A stretch of DNA of 24,000 bases. Origin: an uncultured Clostridium sp. Lineage in GTDB: Bacteria; Bacillota; Clostridia; Clostridiales; Clostridiaceae. This document shows, piece by piece, positions 1 through 8,203 of this stretch. The stretch is taken from assembly GCA_937927335.1 (NCBI GenBank), contig CALBDU010000043.1:75326-99325 (forward strand), read 5' to 3'. The notes beneath the pieces are model-generated. The model saw nothing but the letters and a program-made list of their open reading frames with translations, was not told where the DNA came from and did no database searches. The first letter of the stretch is position 1; every line of letters starts with the position of its first letter. The position numbers and the translations under genes were made by a program.

Positions 1-1922
1 GCAGCACTATCATAGCTGATCTGGTTTTAGTACAATACAGTGACGGATTTGAAGAAATTAAGAAATATATTCCCCATGACACCCAGATAATGTTTTGCAA
101 CAGAACTATATCAAAATCAGGCTATAATAAAATATTATCCATACCTGATGGAACAGAGGTATATTTATTAGATGAAACACTGGAAATGTCCAGAAGTATC
201 ATTTCTGTTATATATGAAAATGGTATTAGAAATTTAACCCTGATTCCAGCCTGCCCAAAAAGCCCAATGAATTATCGGGGCAAAACCGTGGTGATTGTGG
301 GTGAGTCTACCTATGTACCAGAGGAGGCACAGAAAATTATAAACATCGGAAGCAGTCTTCTGGACATAAGCACGCTGATAAGCATCGCCTTCAGACTGGA
401 CCTTGACCATATAATATGCAATAAGGACATCCAGAAAAGTTATAGTGAGGTTATCCCTTCAAACCTGGGATTAATGGAAATTCTGGGTAAAATAAATAGA
501 TCTGAAGGTATGCTGGATGTACTTTTAAATGTTATTGAAGATGGTGTTATTAACATAAATACTAAAGGTCAAATTATTTCCTATAATGAGAAAGCCGGAA
601 AAATTCTTAATTTAGACAGCAAAGCACCTTTTAGAGAAAATGGAATATCTAAATTTCCCGATATTCCCTTCAAGGGAGTGTTGAAAACCAGAAATGCCGT
701 AAAGGATAAGCTTATCAAAATAAGCGGGTATGATGTTATAGCTTCAGTGGATCCCATAGTCAATTCAGGAAAGCTCTATGGCGCCTTCGCCATATTAAAA
801 AATTTTAGCGAAGCTGAATTAAAACAGCATAAATTCCGATCACAGCTTATCGGCAAAGGGCACAGAGCAAAATATAACTTTGACGATATAATTGGACAAA
901 GCGAAGAAATTCTAAAATGCAAAAAAATTGCCGAAAGAATGGCTGAATCTAACTCAACAGTGCTTATAACCGGTGAAAGCGGCACAGGAAAGGAGCTCTT
1001 TGCACAGGCCATACACAACAGTTCTGTAAGAAGGGACTATCAGTTTGTTGTAATTAACTGTGGCGCCCTGCCGGAAAGCCTTCTGGAAAGCGAACTGTTC
1101 GGATATGAGGAAGGTTCTTTTACTGGTGCCAGGAAAGGCGGCAAGCCAGGTCTTTTTGAGCTGGCTCACAAGGGAACCTTGTTTTTTGATGAAATCGGGG
1201 AAATGCCCCTTTCCCTTCAGTCCAGACTTCTCAGAGTGCTCCAGGAAAGAGAGGTTATGAGAATCGGGGGCGACAGGCTGATAAGCATTGATGTGCGTCT
1301 CATAGCAGCAACCAACCGAAACCTTAGGGAAATGGTGGAAAAAGGGTTATTCAGAGAAGATCTTTTTTACAGGCTCAATGTACTTAGCTTGAAGGTCCCT
1401 TCTCTAAATTCAAGAAGAGAGGATATAGACTTAATCATAAGCAAACTTAAAAATGAATTTAATGGTGATTTTACCCTTACCCCCGAAGCTAAGGGTGCAA
1501 TGCTCAGCCACAACTGGAAGGGTAATGTGAGAGAATTGCAAAATTATGTGGAATATCTTACAAATCTAGGCATCAACACTGTGGATGCCCGGGACCTGCC
1601 CTTTTACGATGAGGATATGAATGAACTTGATAATGGTAAAGATCTGCTTTTGGAAGCTGCAGGCAAAAACCTTCATTCTTATATAATGGTGTTAAAAAAA
1701 CTTGCAGAGGCTTACAATGAAAATAGAAGAGTTGGTAGAAGAAGTATATTAAAGGGTTGTGAAAATGAAAATATATTTATCAGTGAACAGGAGATAAGAA
1801 CAATCCTTACAAATCTGGAAAACTGCAACATGGTTACTATTTTGAAGGGACGCAGCGGCACAATTATAACGGAAGCTGGAAGAACCGCCCTGGAGAAGCA
1901 CAGAGACAAAGCGGGCATATAA
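1..1922 (+). CDS. sigma-54-dependent transcriptional activator (enhancer-binding protein; PAS-like + AAA+ domains), probably 5'-truncated by the window edge
   Basis: Track ORF 90..1922. The same frame has no stop from nt 3 to the ATG at 90 (..STIIADLVLVQYSDGFEEIKKYIPHDTQI-M..), so the true start may lie left of the window. Sigma-54 interaction domain motifs: Walker A VLITGESGTGKE, ESELFGYEEGSFTGA (GAFTGA-type loop), Walker B TLFFDEIGEM, RVLQEREV, RLIAATNRNL, WKGNVRELQN. PAS-like segment EGMLDVLLNVIEDGVININTKGQIISYNEKAGKIL lies upstream of the AAA+ core. Confidence 0.85.
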   Translation, partial: STIIADLVLVQYSDGFEEIKKYIPHDTQIMFCNRTISKSGYNKILSIPDGTEVYLLDETLEMSRSIISVIYENGIRNLTLIPACPKSPMNYRGKTVVIVGESTYVPEEAQKIINIGSSLLDISTLISIAFRLDLDHIICNKDIQKSYSEVIPSNLGLMEILGKINRSEGMLDVLLNVIEDGVININTKGQIISYNEKAGKILNLDSKAPFRENGISKFPDIPFKGVLKTRNAVKDKLIKISGYDVIASVDPIVNSGKLYGAFAILKNFSEAELKQHKFRSQLIGKGHRAKYNFDDIIGQSEEILKCKKIAERMAESNSTVLITGESGTGKELFAQAIHNSSVRRDYQFVVINCGALPESLLESELFGYEEGSFTGARKGGKPGLFELAHKGTLFFDEIGEMPLSLQSRLLRVLQEREVMRIGGDRLISIDVRLIAATNRNLREMVEKGLFREDLFYRLNVLSLKVPSLNSRREDIDLIISKLKNEFNGDFTLTPEAKGAMLSHNWKGNVRELQNYVEYLTNLGINTVDARDLPFYDEDMNELDNGKDLLLEAAGKNLHSYIMVLKKLAEAYNENRRVGRRSILKGCENENIFISEQEIRTILTNLENCNMVTILKGRSGTIITEAGRTALEKHRDKAGI

Positions 1923-1974
1923 ATTTCACCCTTATGCTATTGAATTGTGGTAAAATAAAATGAAGGTGATAAAC

Positions 1975-3099
1975 ATGGCTAATCAATCAATTAAATGCAT
2001 AGGCAAAGAAAATTGCACAGGCTGTTTTGCATGCTCAAATGTCTGCAATGTAAAGGCAGTGAATATGAAGCTTTCAGATGAAGGCTTCTATGTACCGGAA
2101 ATTGACGAAAGCATTTGTTCAGACTGCGGTGCCTGCAAAGATGTATGCCCTGTTTTTAATTATAAAACAAATAATTACAACAGTAACAAAATAGATGTTT
2201 ATGCAGCTTACTCCACAAGTGATAATATTAGACTTCAGAGTTCATCCGGCGGTATTTTCTCAGAAATTGGGCGTCACATTATAAGCCAGGGCGGTATAGT
2301 ATACGGCGCCAGGTGGGACTCCTCCTTAAATGTAATTCATGAAGGAATTGACAATCCTCAGGACCTGGAAAAACTCAGAAGCTCAAAGTATGTGCAAAGC
2401 AAACTGGATGACAGCTATAGAAAGATTTTAAAAAACCTGGAAAACAACAGGAAGGTCCTATTTACAGGCACTCCCTGCCAGGTGGCTGCCTTAAAAAACT
2501 TTACTGACAGTGAAAACCTGTTCACAATAGATGTGGTATGCCACGGCATCCCTTCAAAAGTGGTTTTTGAGGAATATCTAAAATATATCAGCAGCGGCAA
2601 TGCTGTTATAAACTATAATTTCAGGGATAAAAGCCTGGGCTGGTCCAAATATATGGTAAAGGCTGAATTTAAAAATGGCTCTTACCAATGCATAACCAGA
2701 CAGGATCCATTTTTCCACGGCTTTATATGCGATCTTTATTCAAATCTGCCCTGCTACAGCTGCAGTTTTTCAAAGCTCCCCAGACCCGGCGACATTACCC
2801 TTGGAGACTTCTGGGGAATTTCCAAGGATATAATGGATGAACGTGGCATTTCATTGGTTCTTGCCAATAATGAAAAAGGAAAACTTCTGTTAAAGGAGCT
2901 CCAGCGCTCAGATAGTGTAACTCTGATACCAAAAACATTAGAGGAAGCCGTAAAAGGCAATCCAAGGGTTTATAACGGCTATTTAAATAAACGGAAAAAC
3001 AGAGCTGAAATACTGAAAAATATAAGAAAATCAGGTTTCAAAGCTATATACTACAGCTTTATCAAAGACACGGATAGATATAAACCAGACTATGAATAA
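1975..3099 (+). CDS. FrhB/FdhB-family (coenzyme F420 hydrogenase/dehydrogenase beta-subunit-like) protein with N-terminal 2x[4Fe-4S] ferredoxin motifs
   Basis: Track ORF 1960..3099. Two ferredoxin-type cysteine clusters (CTGCFACSNVCNV; CSDCGACKDVCPV). These are followed by segments typical of the FrhB family (SSSGGIFSEI, FTGTPCQVAAL, DVVCHGIPS). GGTGA lies 5 nt before the ATG at 1975, so I prefer that start; ATG 1960 is the alternative. Confidence 0.7.
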   Translation: MANQSIKCIGKENCTGCFACSNVCNVKAVNMKLSDEGFYVPEIDESICSDCGACKDVCPVFNYKTNNYNSNKIDVYAAYSTSDNIRLQSSSGGIFSEIGRHIISQGGIVYGARWDSSLNVIHEGIDNPQDLEKLRSSKYVQSKLDDSYRKILKNLENNRKVLFTGTPCQVAALKNFTDSENLFTIDVVCHGIPSKVVFEEYLKYISSGNAVINYNFRDKSLGWSKYMVKAEFKNGSYQCITRQDPFFHGFICDLYSNLPCYSCSFSKLPRPGDITLGDFWGISKDIMDERGISLVLANNEKGKLLLKELQRSDSVTLIPKTLEEAVKGNPRVYNGYLNKRKNRAEILKNIRKSGFKAIYYSFIKDTDRYKPDYE

Positions 3100-3120
3100 T
3101 AATACCAAGGGGTGAAATTT

Positions 3121-4035
3121 ATGAAATATCTAATAATCGGAACTGGAGGAATCGGCGGCTCTTTAGGCGGATTCCTGTCAGCAGCAGGCAATGACGTATC
3201 CTTTATTGCCCGTGGGAAAACTTTAGAGGCTCTTAAAAGCCACGGGCTAAAGCTTAAATCAGGCATTAAGGGCGAGCTTCATATCCCTGAAGTGAAGGCT
3301 TATACCAGTGATGAATATAATGAGGCTGCAGATGTAATTTTCCTTTGCGTTAAGGATTATTCCCTGGAGAGTGTAATCCCTGTTATTGAAAAAAGCAGTA
3401 ATGAAAATACCATTATTATCCCCTTGCTGAACGGCTACGGCATCGGACAAAGGATAAGTAAAAAGCTATGCTCTGGCAAGGTAATCGATGGATGCATATA
3501 TATCTCAGCTTTCATTGAAGCACCTGGTTCTATAATCCATCTGGGCACACTGTTCAAGCTTGTTTTTGGCCAGAGGCCCGGTATAAATGCAGACCCTTTA
3601 ATACTGAAGGAAATTAAAAATACTTTAGTTAAATGCGGAATTGATGCTGAAGTGTCCGATAAAATTGAAAATGAAATATTCAAGAAATTTTCTTTAGTTT
3701 CCACCTGTGCAGCTTGCGGAACTTATTATGATATAACAGCCGGTTCTATTCAAAATGAAAAAAAATACAGGGATACCTTCCTGAAGCTATGCAATGAAAT
3801 TAATGAAATTGGCGTCAAACTGGGTTTTAAATTTAAACCCGATTTGACTGAAATAAATATTAAAAGCTTATATACACTCCCTCCAGATGCTACATCTTCA
3901 CTGTATAAGGACATGAAAGCAGGTAAAAACAGTGAACTGGACAGTCTGATTTTCAATGTTGTAAGACTTGGTAAAAGGCTTGATGTGGAAACTCCAGCAT
4001 ATAATATGATTGCTGAACATTTCGGATATAAATAA
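3121..4035 (+). CDS. ketopantoate reductase (ApbA/PanE) family NAD(P)H-dependent 2-oxoacid reductase
   Basis: N-terminal Rossmann motif YLIIGTGGIGGSLGGFL. C-terminal TSSLYKDMKAGKNSELDSLIFNVV resembles the family S..QD...G..TEID.. motif. The ~300 aa length fits. GGGGTG RBS lies 6 nt before ATG 3121; the track starts at GTG 3112. Exact substrate cannot be inferred. Confidence 0.7.
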   Translation: MKYLIIGTGGIGGSLGGFLSAAGNDVSFIARGKTLEALKSHGLKLKSGIKGELHIPEVKAYTSDEYNEAADVIFLCVKDYSLESVIPVIEKSSNENTIIIPLLNGYGIGQRISKKLCSGKVIDGCIYISAFIEAPGSIIHLGTLFKLVFGQRPGINADPLILKEIKNTLVKCGIDAEVSDKIENEIFKKFSLVSTCAACGTYYDITAGSIQNEKKYRDTFLKLCNEINEIGVKLGFKFKPDLTEINIKSLYTLPPDATSSLYKDMKAGKNSELDSLIFNVVRLGKRLDVETPAYNMIAEHFGYK

Positions 4036-4048
4036 GAGGTGCAAAATT

Positions 4049-5029
4049 ATGCATATTCCAGACAACTATTTAAGCCCATCTACCTGTGCTGTTATTACAG
4101 CAGTAATGATACCGGTTTGGAAAAGGGCTTCATCAAAGGTTAAAGAGGAGCTTACAAAAAAGAAAATGCCCTTACTGGGTATCTGTGCTGCATTTTCATT
4201 CGTCATCATGATGTTTAACATACCACTGCCTGGAGGTACCTCAGGCCATGCCATAGGTTCAGTTCTGGCTGCAATCTTGCTCGGCCCAAATGCTGCCGTT
4301 GTATCAATAACAATTGCTCTTGCAATACAGGCTTTATTCTTTGGGGATGGCGGAATACTGGCATTTGGTGTGAACTGTTTCAATATGGCCTTCATAATGC
4401 CATTTTCCGGCTATTATATTTACAGAATAATAAAGAGCAGGTTTAAAGGAGTAAGCGGCCAGTATCTGAGTGCTTTCATTGCAGGGTATATATCAATAAA
4501 TTTGGCTGCCTTTGCTGCTGCTATTGAATTTGGCATTCAGCCTGTGTTGTTTCGAGATTTGGCCGGTCTTCCTCTCTATTGTCCTTATAGTCTCTCCACT
4601 ACTCTTCCTGCCATGCTGCTGCCTCATTTGCTTTTAGCGGGATTTGTTGAGGGCGGAATTACAGCTGCAGTATTGGGTTACATAATAAAAGTGTCGCCCT
4701 CTTTAGTTCACCAAGACAGAGAATTAAAGGTAAAGCCTTTATTGACCTTAATATTCTCTATGGCCGTTCTAACTCCCTTGGGGCTTTTTGCAACAGGAAC
4801 AGCCTTTGGAGAATGGGATAATGGACAAATTAAATCCATGATAGGGTATGTGCCCAGTGGAATGAAAAACGGCATAAAATTGGATTCGTTGATGGCAGAC
4901 TACTCAATAAATGGCATTCCAGCTTATGCAGCATATATTATTTCTGCAGTTGCTGGTATTGTGCTGATTATGTTCCTGGTAAGGCTATTATTCACTAAAA
5001 CTAGTAAAAAAGAGGAATCCATACACTAA
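4049..5029 (+). CDS. ECF-transporter substrate-capture component, NikM/CbiM family fused to a NikN/PDGLE-like C-terminal segment (NikMN/LarMN-type, nickel predicted)
   Basis: The sequence from ATG 4049 begins MHIPDNYL, the NikM-type N-terminus in which Met1/His2 contribute to metal binding. AAGAGGTG RBS lies 8 nt upstream; the track start at 4010 lacks an RBS. Polytopic membrane protein (GGTSGHAIGS, FFGDGGILAFGVN). C-terminal extension GTAFGEWDNG...final TM resembles the PDGLE/NikN module. Directly followed by Q- and O-type ECF genes and larE/larB. Confidence 0.8.
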   Translation: MHIPDNYLSPSTCAVITAVMIPVWKRASSKVKEELTKKKMPLLGICAAFSFVIMMFNIPLPGGTSGHAIGSVLAAILLGPNAAVVSITIALAIQALFFGDGGILAFGVNCFNMAFIMPFSGYYIYRIIKSRFKGVSGQYLSAFIAGYISINLAAFAAAIEFGIQPVLFRDLAGLPLYCPYSLSTTLPAMLLPHLLLAGFVEGGITAAVLGYIIKVSPSLVHQDRELKVKPLLTLIFSMAVLTPLGLFATGTAFGEWDNGQIKSMIGYVPSGMKNGIKLDSLMADYSINGIPAYAAYIISAVAGIVLIMFLVRLLFTKTSKKEESIH

Positions 5030-5841
5030 TGAAGGATGGTGAAATATTGACAGCAGAATGGCTATTAAAAAAGGATAAACCAATAGATACAAGGGATACC
5101 GAGCAGTTCCTGAACAGAAGCATTTTCGGTATTTTAGGGATGCTGTCAAGAATTAGAAAATTAGGCTCCTACAGCAATAAACCGATATATACCTTAAACG
5201 CTACACTTAAGGTAATATTTACTATTTTAAATATAATTTTGCTTTCATTATCAAGAAGCTTCCTGTTTATAATTATATATTTCCTATATATAGGATTCTT
5301 ACTGATTTTTGTTGAAAACCAGCACAGGAAAAGCATTTTAGCTATAAGCTTAACACTTCCTGTACTGACATTTGTAATGCTGCTTCCATCTTTTATTAAT
5401 GGAAACATAAATAACAGCATTTTAATAATAATGAAAGTATTTGGATCAATATTGTCGGCAAATATTTTATCTTATACCACAAAGTGGAATTATATCACTA
5501 AATCATTAAAATTGTTTTTAGTTCCTGATATATTTATATGGGTTATGGATATAACCATAAAATATATTGTAATTCTTGGCGAACATTCAGTAAATCTTCT
5601 GTATGCATTAAAGCTAAGATCCATAGGCAAAAATCACGGGAAGCATACTTCCATTACCAGTATAATGGGTAATCTATTCTTAAAGTCGAAGGATATGGGT
5701 GAAGAGATGTTTTCAGCCATGGAATGTAGAGGTTTTACGGGAGAATATAAAAGTATCTCAAAATTCAAGATTGATAAAGCAGATATTTTTTACTCTGCAG
5801 CAAACATACTGGTGCTGATTCTTTTTATTACTCTAAAATAA
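5029..5841 (+). CDS. ECF transporter transmembrane (T) component, CbiQ/NikQ/LarQ family
   Basis: Start overlaps the upstream stop (TAATG). Multi-TM protein lying between an M-type S-component and an ABC ATPase. C-terminal region (ALKLRSIG...AMECRGF) fits the CbiQ-family coupling-helix Ala-Arg-Gly-type region. Confidence 0.75.
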   Translation: MKDGEILTAEWLLKKDKPIDTRDTEQFLNRSIFGILGMLSRIRKLGSYSNKPIYTLNATLKVIFTILNIILLSLSRSFLFIIIYFLYIGFLLIFVENQHRKSILAISLTLPVLTFVMLLPSFINGNINNSILIIMKVFGSILSANILSYTTKWNYITKSLKLFLVPDIFIWVMDITIKYIVILGEHSVNLLYALKLRSIGKNHGKHTSITSIMGNLFLKSKDMGEEMFSAMECRGFTGEYKSISKFKIDKADIFYSAANILVLILFITLK

Positions 5842-5856
5842 CGAAGGGGACTTATA

Positions 5857-6582
5857 ATGATAAAGCTTGAAAATATCCTATACAGATATAAGGACAGATT
5901 CGCATTGGATAATATAAACCTAAATATCAGGGAGGGTGAAGCCGTTGCTTTGATAGGGCCTAACGGCAGTGGAAAATCCACCTTTCTGAAGCTGCTTAAT
6001 GGAATTATTTTTCCTGAACAAGGCTCATATTTTTTTGATAATGATGAAATTACAGAAAAAAAACTTAATAAAAATACTTATTCAAAAGATTTTCACAGAA
6101 AAATAGGCTTTGTTTTTCAGAATACAGATGCACAGCTCTTTTGTTCCACGGTATATGAGGAGGTTGCATTCGGTCCAATGCAGATGGGATTTTCCGATGA
6201 AAAAGTAAATGAAAGGGTTTATGACTGCCTTCAAATGCTCAATATTGAAAAAGTCAAGCATGAAGCCCCCTACAATTTAAGTGGTGGTGAAAAAAAAAGA
6301 GTTGCCATTGCCAGTGTACTTTCAATGAACCCCCAGGTGATAACTCTTGATGAGCCAATGAGTGGAATTGACCCTAAGGGAAAAAAATTCTTAAGGGAGC
6401 TTTTAATAAATTTGAATCTGGCTGGCAAAACAGTGATATGCTCCACCCATGATTTTGAATACACAAGAGGTGTGTTTAAAAGAGCCGTGGTTTTCTCTGA
6501 GGACCATAAAATAATAAGAGATGACAATTATGAGTCAATAATAAATGATGAAAAGTTTTTAGTTGAAAATAATATTAAATAA
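5857..6582 (+). CDS. ECF transporter ATPase component, CbiO/NikO/LarO family
   Basis: Walker A GPNGSGKST, Q-loop FQNTDAQLF, ABC signature LSGGEKKRVAIA, Walker B VITLDEP, H-loop STHD. Confidence 0.9.
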   Translation: MIKLENILYRYKDRFALDNINLNIREGEAVALIGPNGSGKSTFLKLLNGIIFPEQGSYFFDNDEITEKKLNKNTYSKDFHRKIGFVFQNTDAQLFCSTVYEEVAFGPMQMGFSDEKVNERVYDCLQMLNIEKVKHEAPYNLSGGEKKRVAIASVLSMNPQVITLDEPMSGIDPKGKKFLRELLINLNLAGKTVICSTHDFEYTRGVFKRAVVFSEDHKIIRDDNYESIINDEKFLVENNIK

Positions 6583-6596
6583 TGGAGATTTAAAGT

Positions 6597-7430
6597 ATGG
6601 AAAACAAATATATTAACCTGCTGAATTATATGAAAAAGCTGGAAAGCGCCGTTGTAGCCTTTTCGGGAGGTGTTGACAGTACATTCCTGTTAAAGGCTGC
6701 CCGGGAAGCCCTTGGAAATAAAGCAGCGGCCCTGACAATCGTATCTCCCTATATTCCCAGGTGGGAGGTAGAGGAAGCTAAAGAGCTGGTAAAAACTATA
6801 GGAATCAGGCATGAATTTATCCATATTCCCGAAATAATGGAGGAAATCAGGTATAACCCTGCAGACAGATGCTATCTCTGTAAAACTGCTGTTTTTTCTA
6901 TGATCAAGGATTTTGCAGCGAAAAATGGCTACAAGTATGTTGTGGATGGCACAAATGCTGATGATATAAATGATTACAGACCAGGCCTCAGGGCTTTAAG
7001 AGAGCTTGAAATAAAAAGCCCCCTGCTGGAAACAGGATTAAACAAGGCTGAGATCAGGGAGTTATCCAGAAAATTAAATCTTCCAACCTGGGATAAACCT
7101 TCTTACGCTTGCCTTCTTTCCAGAATTCCATATGGAACTGAGCTGAAAACTGAGGATTTTATAAAAATAGAAAAATCGGAAAAGTTCCTTATGGATAAAG
7201 GATTTAGGGCAGTACGGGTGAGATGTCACGGAGACCTGGCCAGGATTGAAGTACCAAGAGGGAATATTGAAGATTTATTTAACGTTGCTTTATTGGATGA
7301 AATCTCAAAGGAGCTAAAGAAATTTGGTTTTAAATATATAACTCTTGATATTCAGGGCTACAGAACCGGAAGCCTGAATTCAGATGTAGCAGAAACTGTT
7401 ATAGAAAAGGAGAATCACCATGGGATCTGA
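6597..7430 (+). CDS. larE: LarE, ATP-dependent sulfur insertase for nickel-pincer nucleotide (NPN) cofactor biosynthesis (PP-loop ATP pyrophosphatase family)
   Basis: PP-loop VVAFSGGVDSTFLL. LarE-typical motifs NDYRPGL, ACLLSRIPYGT, VRVRCHGDLARIEV, YITLDIQGYRTGSLN. Length 277 aa. Adjacent to larB and a Ni-type ECF importer. Confidence 0.9.
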   Translation: MENKYINLLNYMKKLESAVVAFSGGVDSTFLLKAAREALGNKAAALTIVSPYIPRWEVEEAKELVKTIGIRHEFIHIPEIMEEIRYNPADRCYLCKTAVFSMIKDFAAKNGYKYVVDGTNADDINDYRPGLRALRELEIKSPLLETGLNKAEIRELSRKLNLPTWDKPSYACLLSRIPYGTELKTEDFIKIEKSEKFLMDKGFRAVRVRCHGDLARIEVPRGNIEDLFNVALLDEISKELKKFGFKYITLDIQGYRTGSLNSDVAETVIEKENHHGI

Positions 7431-8166
7431 TGATATTAAAATCCTTCTGGATAAAGTAAAGGATGGAAGCATTTCCATAGAAGCTGCGGTAAACAAGCTG
7501 GCTGATCTCCCCTATAAGGACCTGGGTTTCGCAAAAATAGACAATCACAGGGAGCTTAGAGTGGGATATCCGGAAATCATATACTGCTCAGGCAAAACCG
7601 TAGACCAGGTTAAGGAAATATTCAAATTTATGGATACTAAAAATAATAATATACTGGGTACCAGAGCTGGCAGCGAAATGTATGCAGCAGTAAAAGAAAT
7701 TTGCCCTGCTGCTGAGTTTAACGAGCTTGCGAGAACAATTACCGTTAAAAAGAGGGATATTCCTTTAACCGAGTCATATATTGCAGTTATTACTGCCGGA
7801 ACCTCGGATATGCCTGTATCTGAGGAGGCCGCAGTAACAGCCGAAATATTCGGAAACCGGGTTGAAAGGATCAACGATGTTGGAGTGGCTGGAATCCACA
7901 GGTTGTTTAGCAAGCTTGATATAATTCGAGGAGCTAAAGTAGTGGTAGCAGTCGCCGGCATGGAGGGTGCCCTGGCAAGCGTTGTTGGAGGATTAGTGGA
8001 TAAGCCTGTTATAGCCGTACCCACTAGTGTAGGCTATGGAGCCAATTTCGGTGGAATATCCGCCCTGCTCTCCATGCTAAACAGCTGTGCCAGCGGTACA
8101 AGTGTTGTAAACATAGATAATGGCTTTGGCGCCGGATATATTGCCAGCATGATAAATAAACTGTAA
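7420..8166 (+). CDS. larB: LarB, nicotinic acid adenine dinucleotide carboxylase/hydrolase (pyridinium-3,5-biscarboxylic acid mononucleotide synthase), PurE-like
   Basis: Overlaps the larE 3' end by 11 nt, with AGGAG RBS. PurE/AIR-carboxylase-like C-terminal domain (AVITAGTSDMPVSEEA, VVVAVAGMEGALASVVGG, PVIAVPTSVGYG, NIDNGFGAG). The N-terminal extension is as seen in LarB proteins. Confidence 0.88.
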   Translation: MGSDDIKILLDKVKDGSISIEAAVNKLADLPYKDLGFAKIDNHRELRVGYPEIIYCSGKTVDQVKEIFKFMDTKNNNILGTRAGSEMYAAVKEICPAAEFNELARTITVKKRDIPLTESYIAVITAGTSDMPVSEEAAVTAEIFGNRVERINDVGVAGIHRLFSKLDIIRGAKVVVAVAGMEGALASVVGGLVDKPVIAVPTSVGYGANFGGISALLSMLNSCASGTSVVNIDNGFGAGYIASMINKL

Positions 8167-8172
8167 AAAATA

Positions 8173-8199
8173 GCACTGCCATCAAACAGATGACAGTGC
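8173..8199. terminator. bidirectional rho-independent terminator between convergent larB and histidine kinase genes
   Basis: Hairpin GCACTGCCATC-aaaca-GATGACAGTGC: 11-bp stem with one mismatch. Flanked by AAAAAATA on the left and ATTATTATTTA on the right, giving U-rich tails on both strands. Confidence 0.7.
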
Positions 8200-8203
8200 A
8201 TTA

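Noticed and set aside
1923-1974. Search for a sigma-54 (-24 TGGCAC / -12 TTGC) promoter downstream of the activator gene
   Set aside because: No GG-N10-GC element with the right spacing was found here or in the other + strand intergenic gaps of the lar operon.
4010-4048. Longer N-terminal extensions proposed by the ORF track (4010 for the NikM-like gene, 3112 for the reductase, 11492 for the HD gene)
   Set aside because: Downstream ATGs have properly spaced Shine-Dalgarno sequences. For the NikM-like protein, the functional N-terminus must be MHIPD..
7545-8024. 159-aa - strand ORF inside larB
   Set aside because: Antisense shadow of a strongly supported LarB frame. Its product is low-complexity (T/A/S/L-rich), has no RBS and shows no recognisable motifs.
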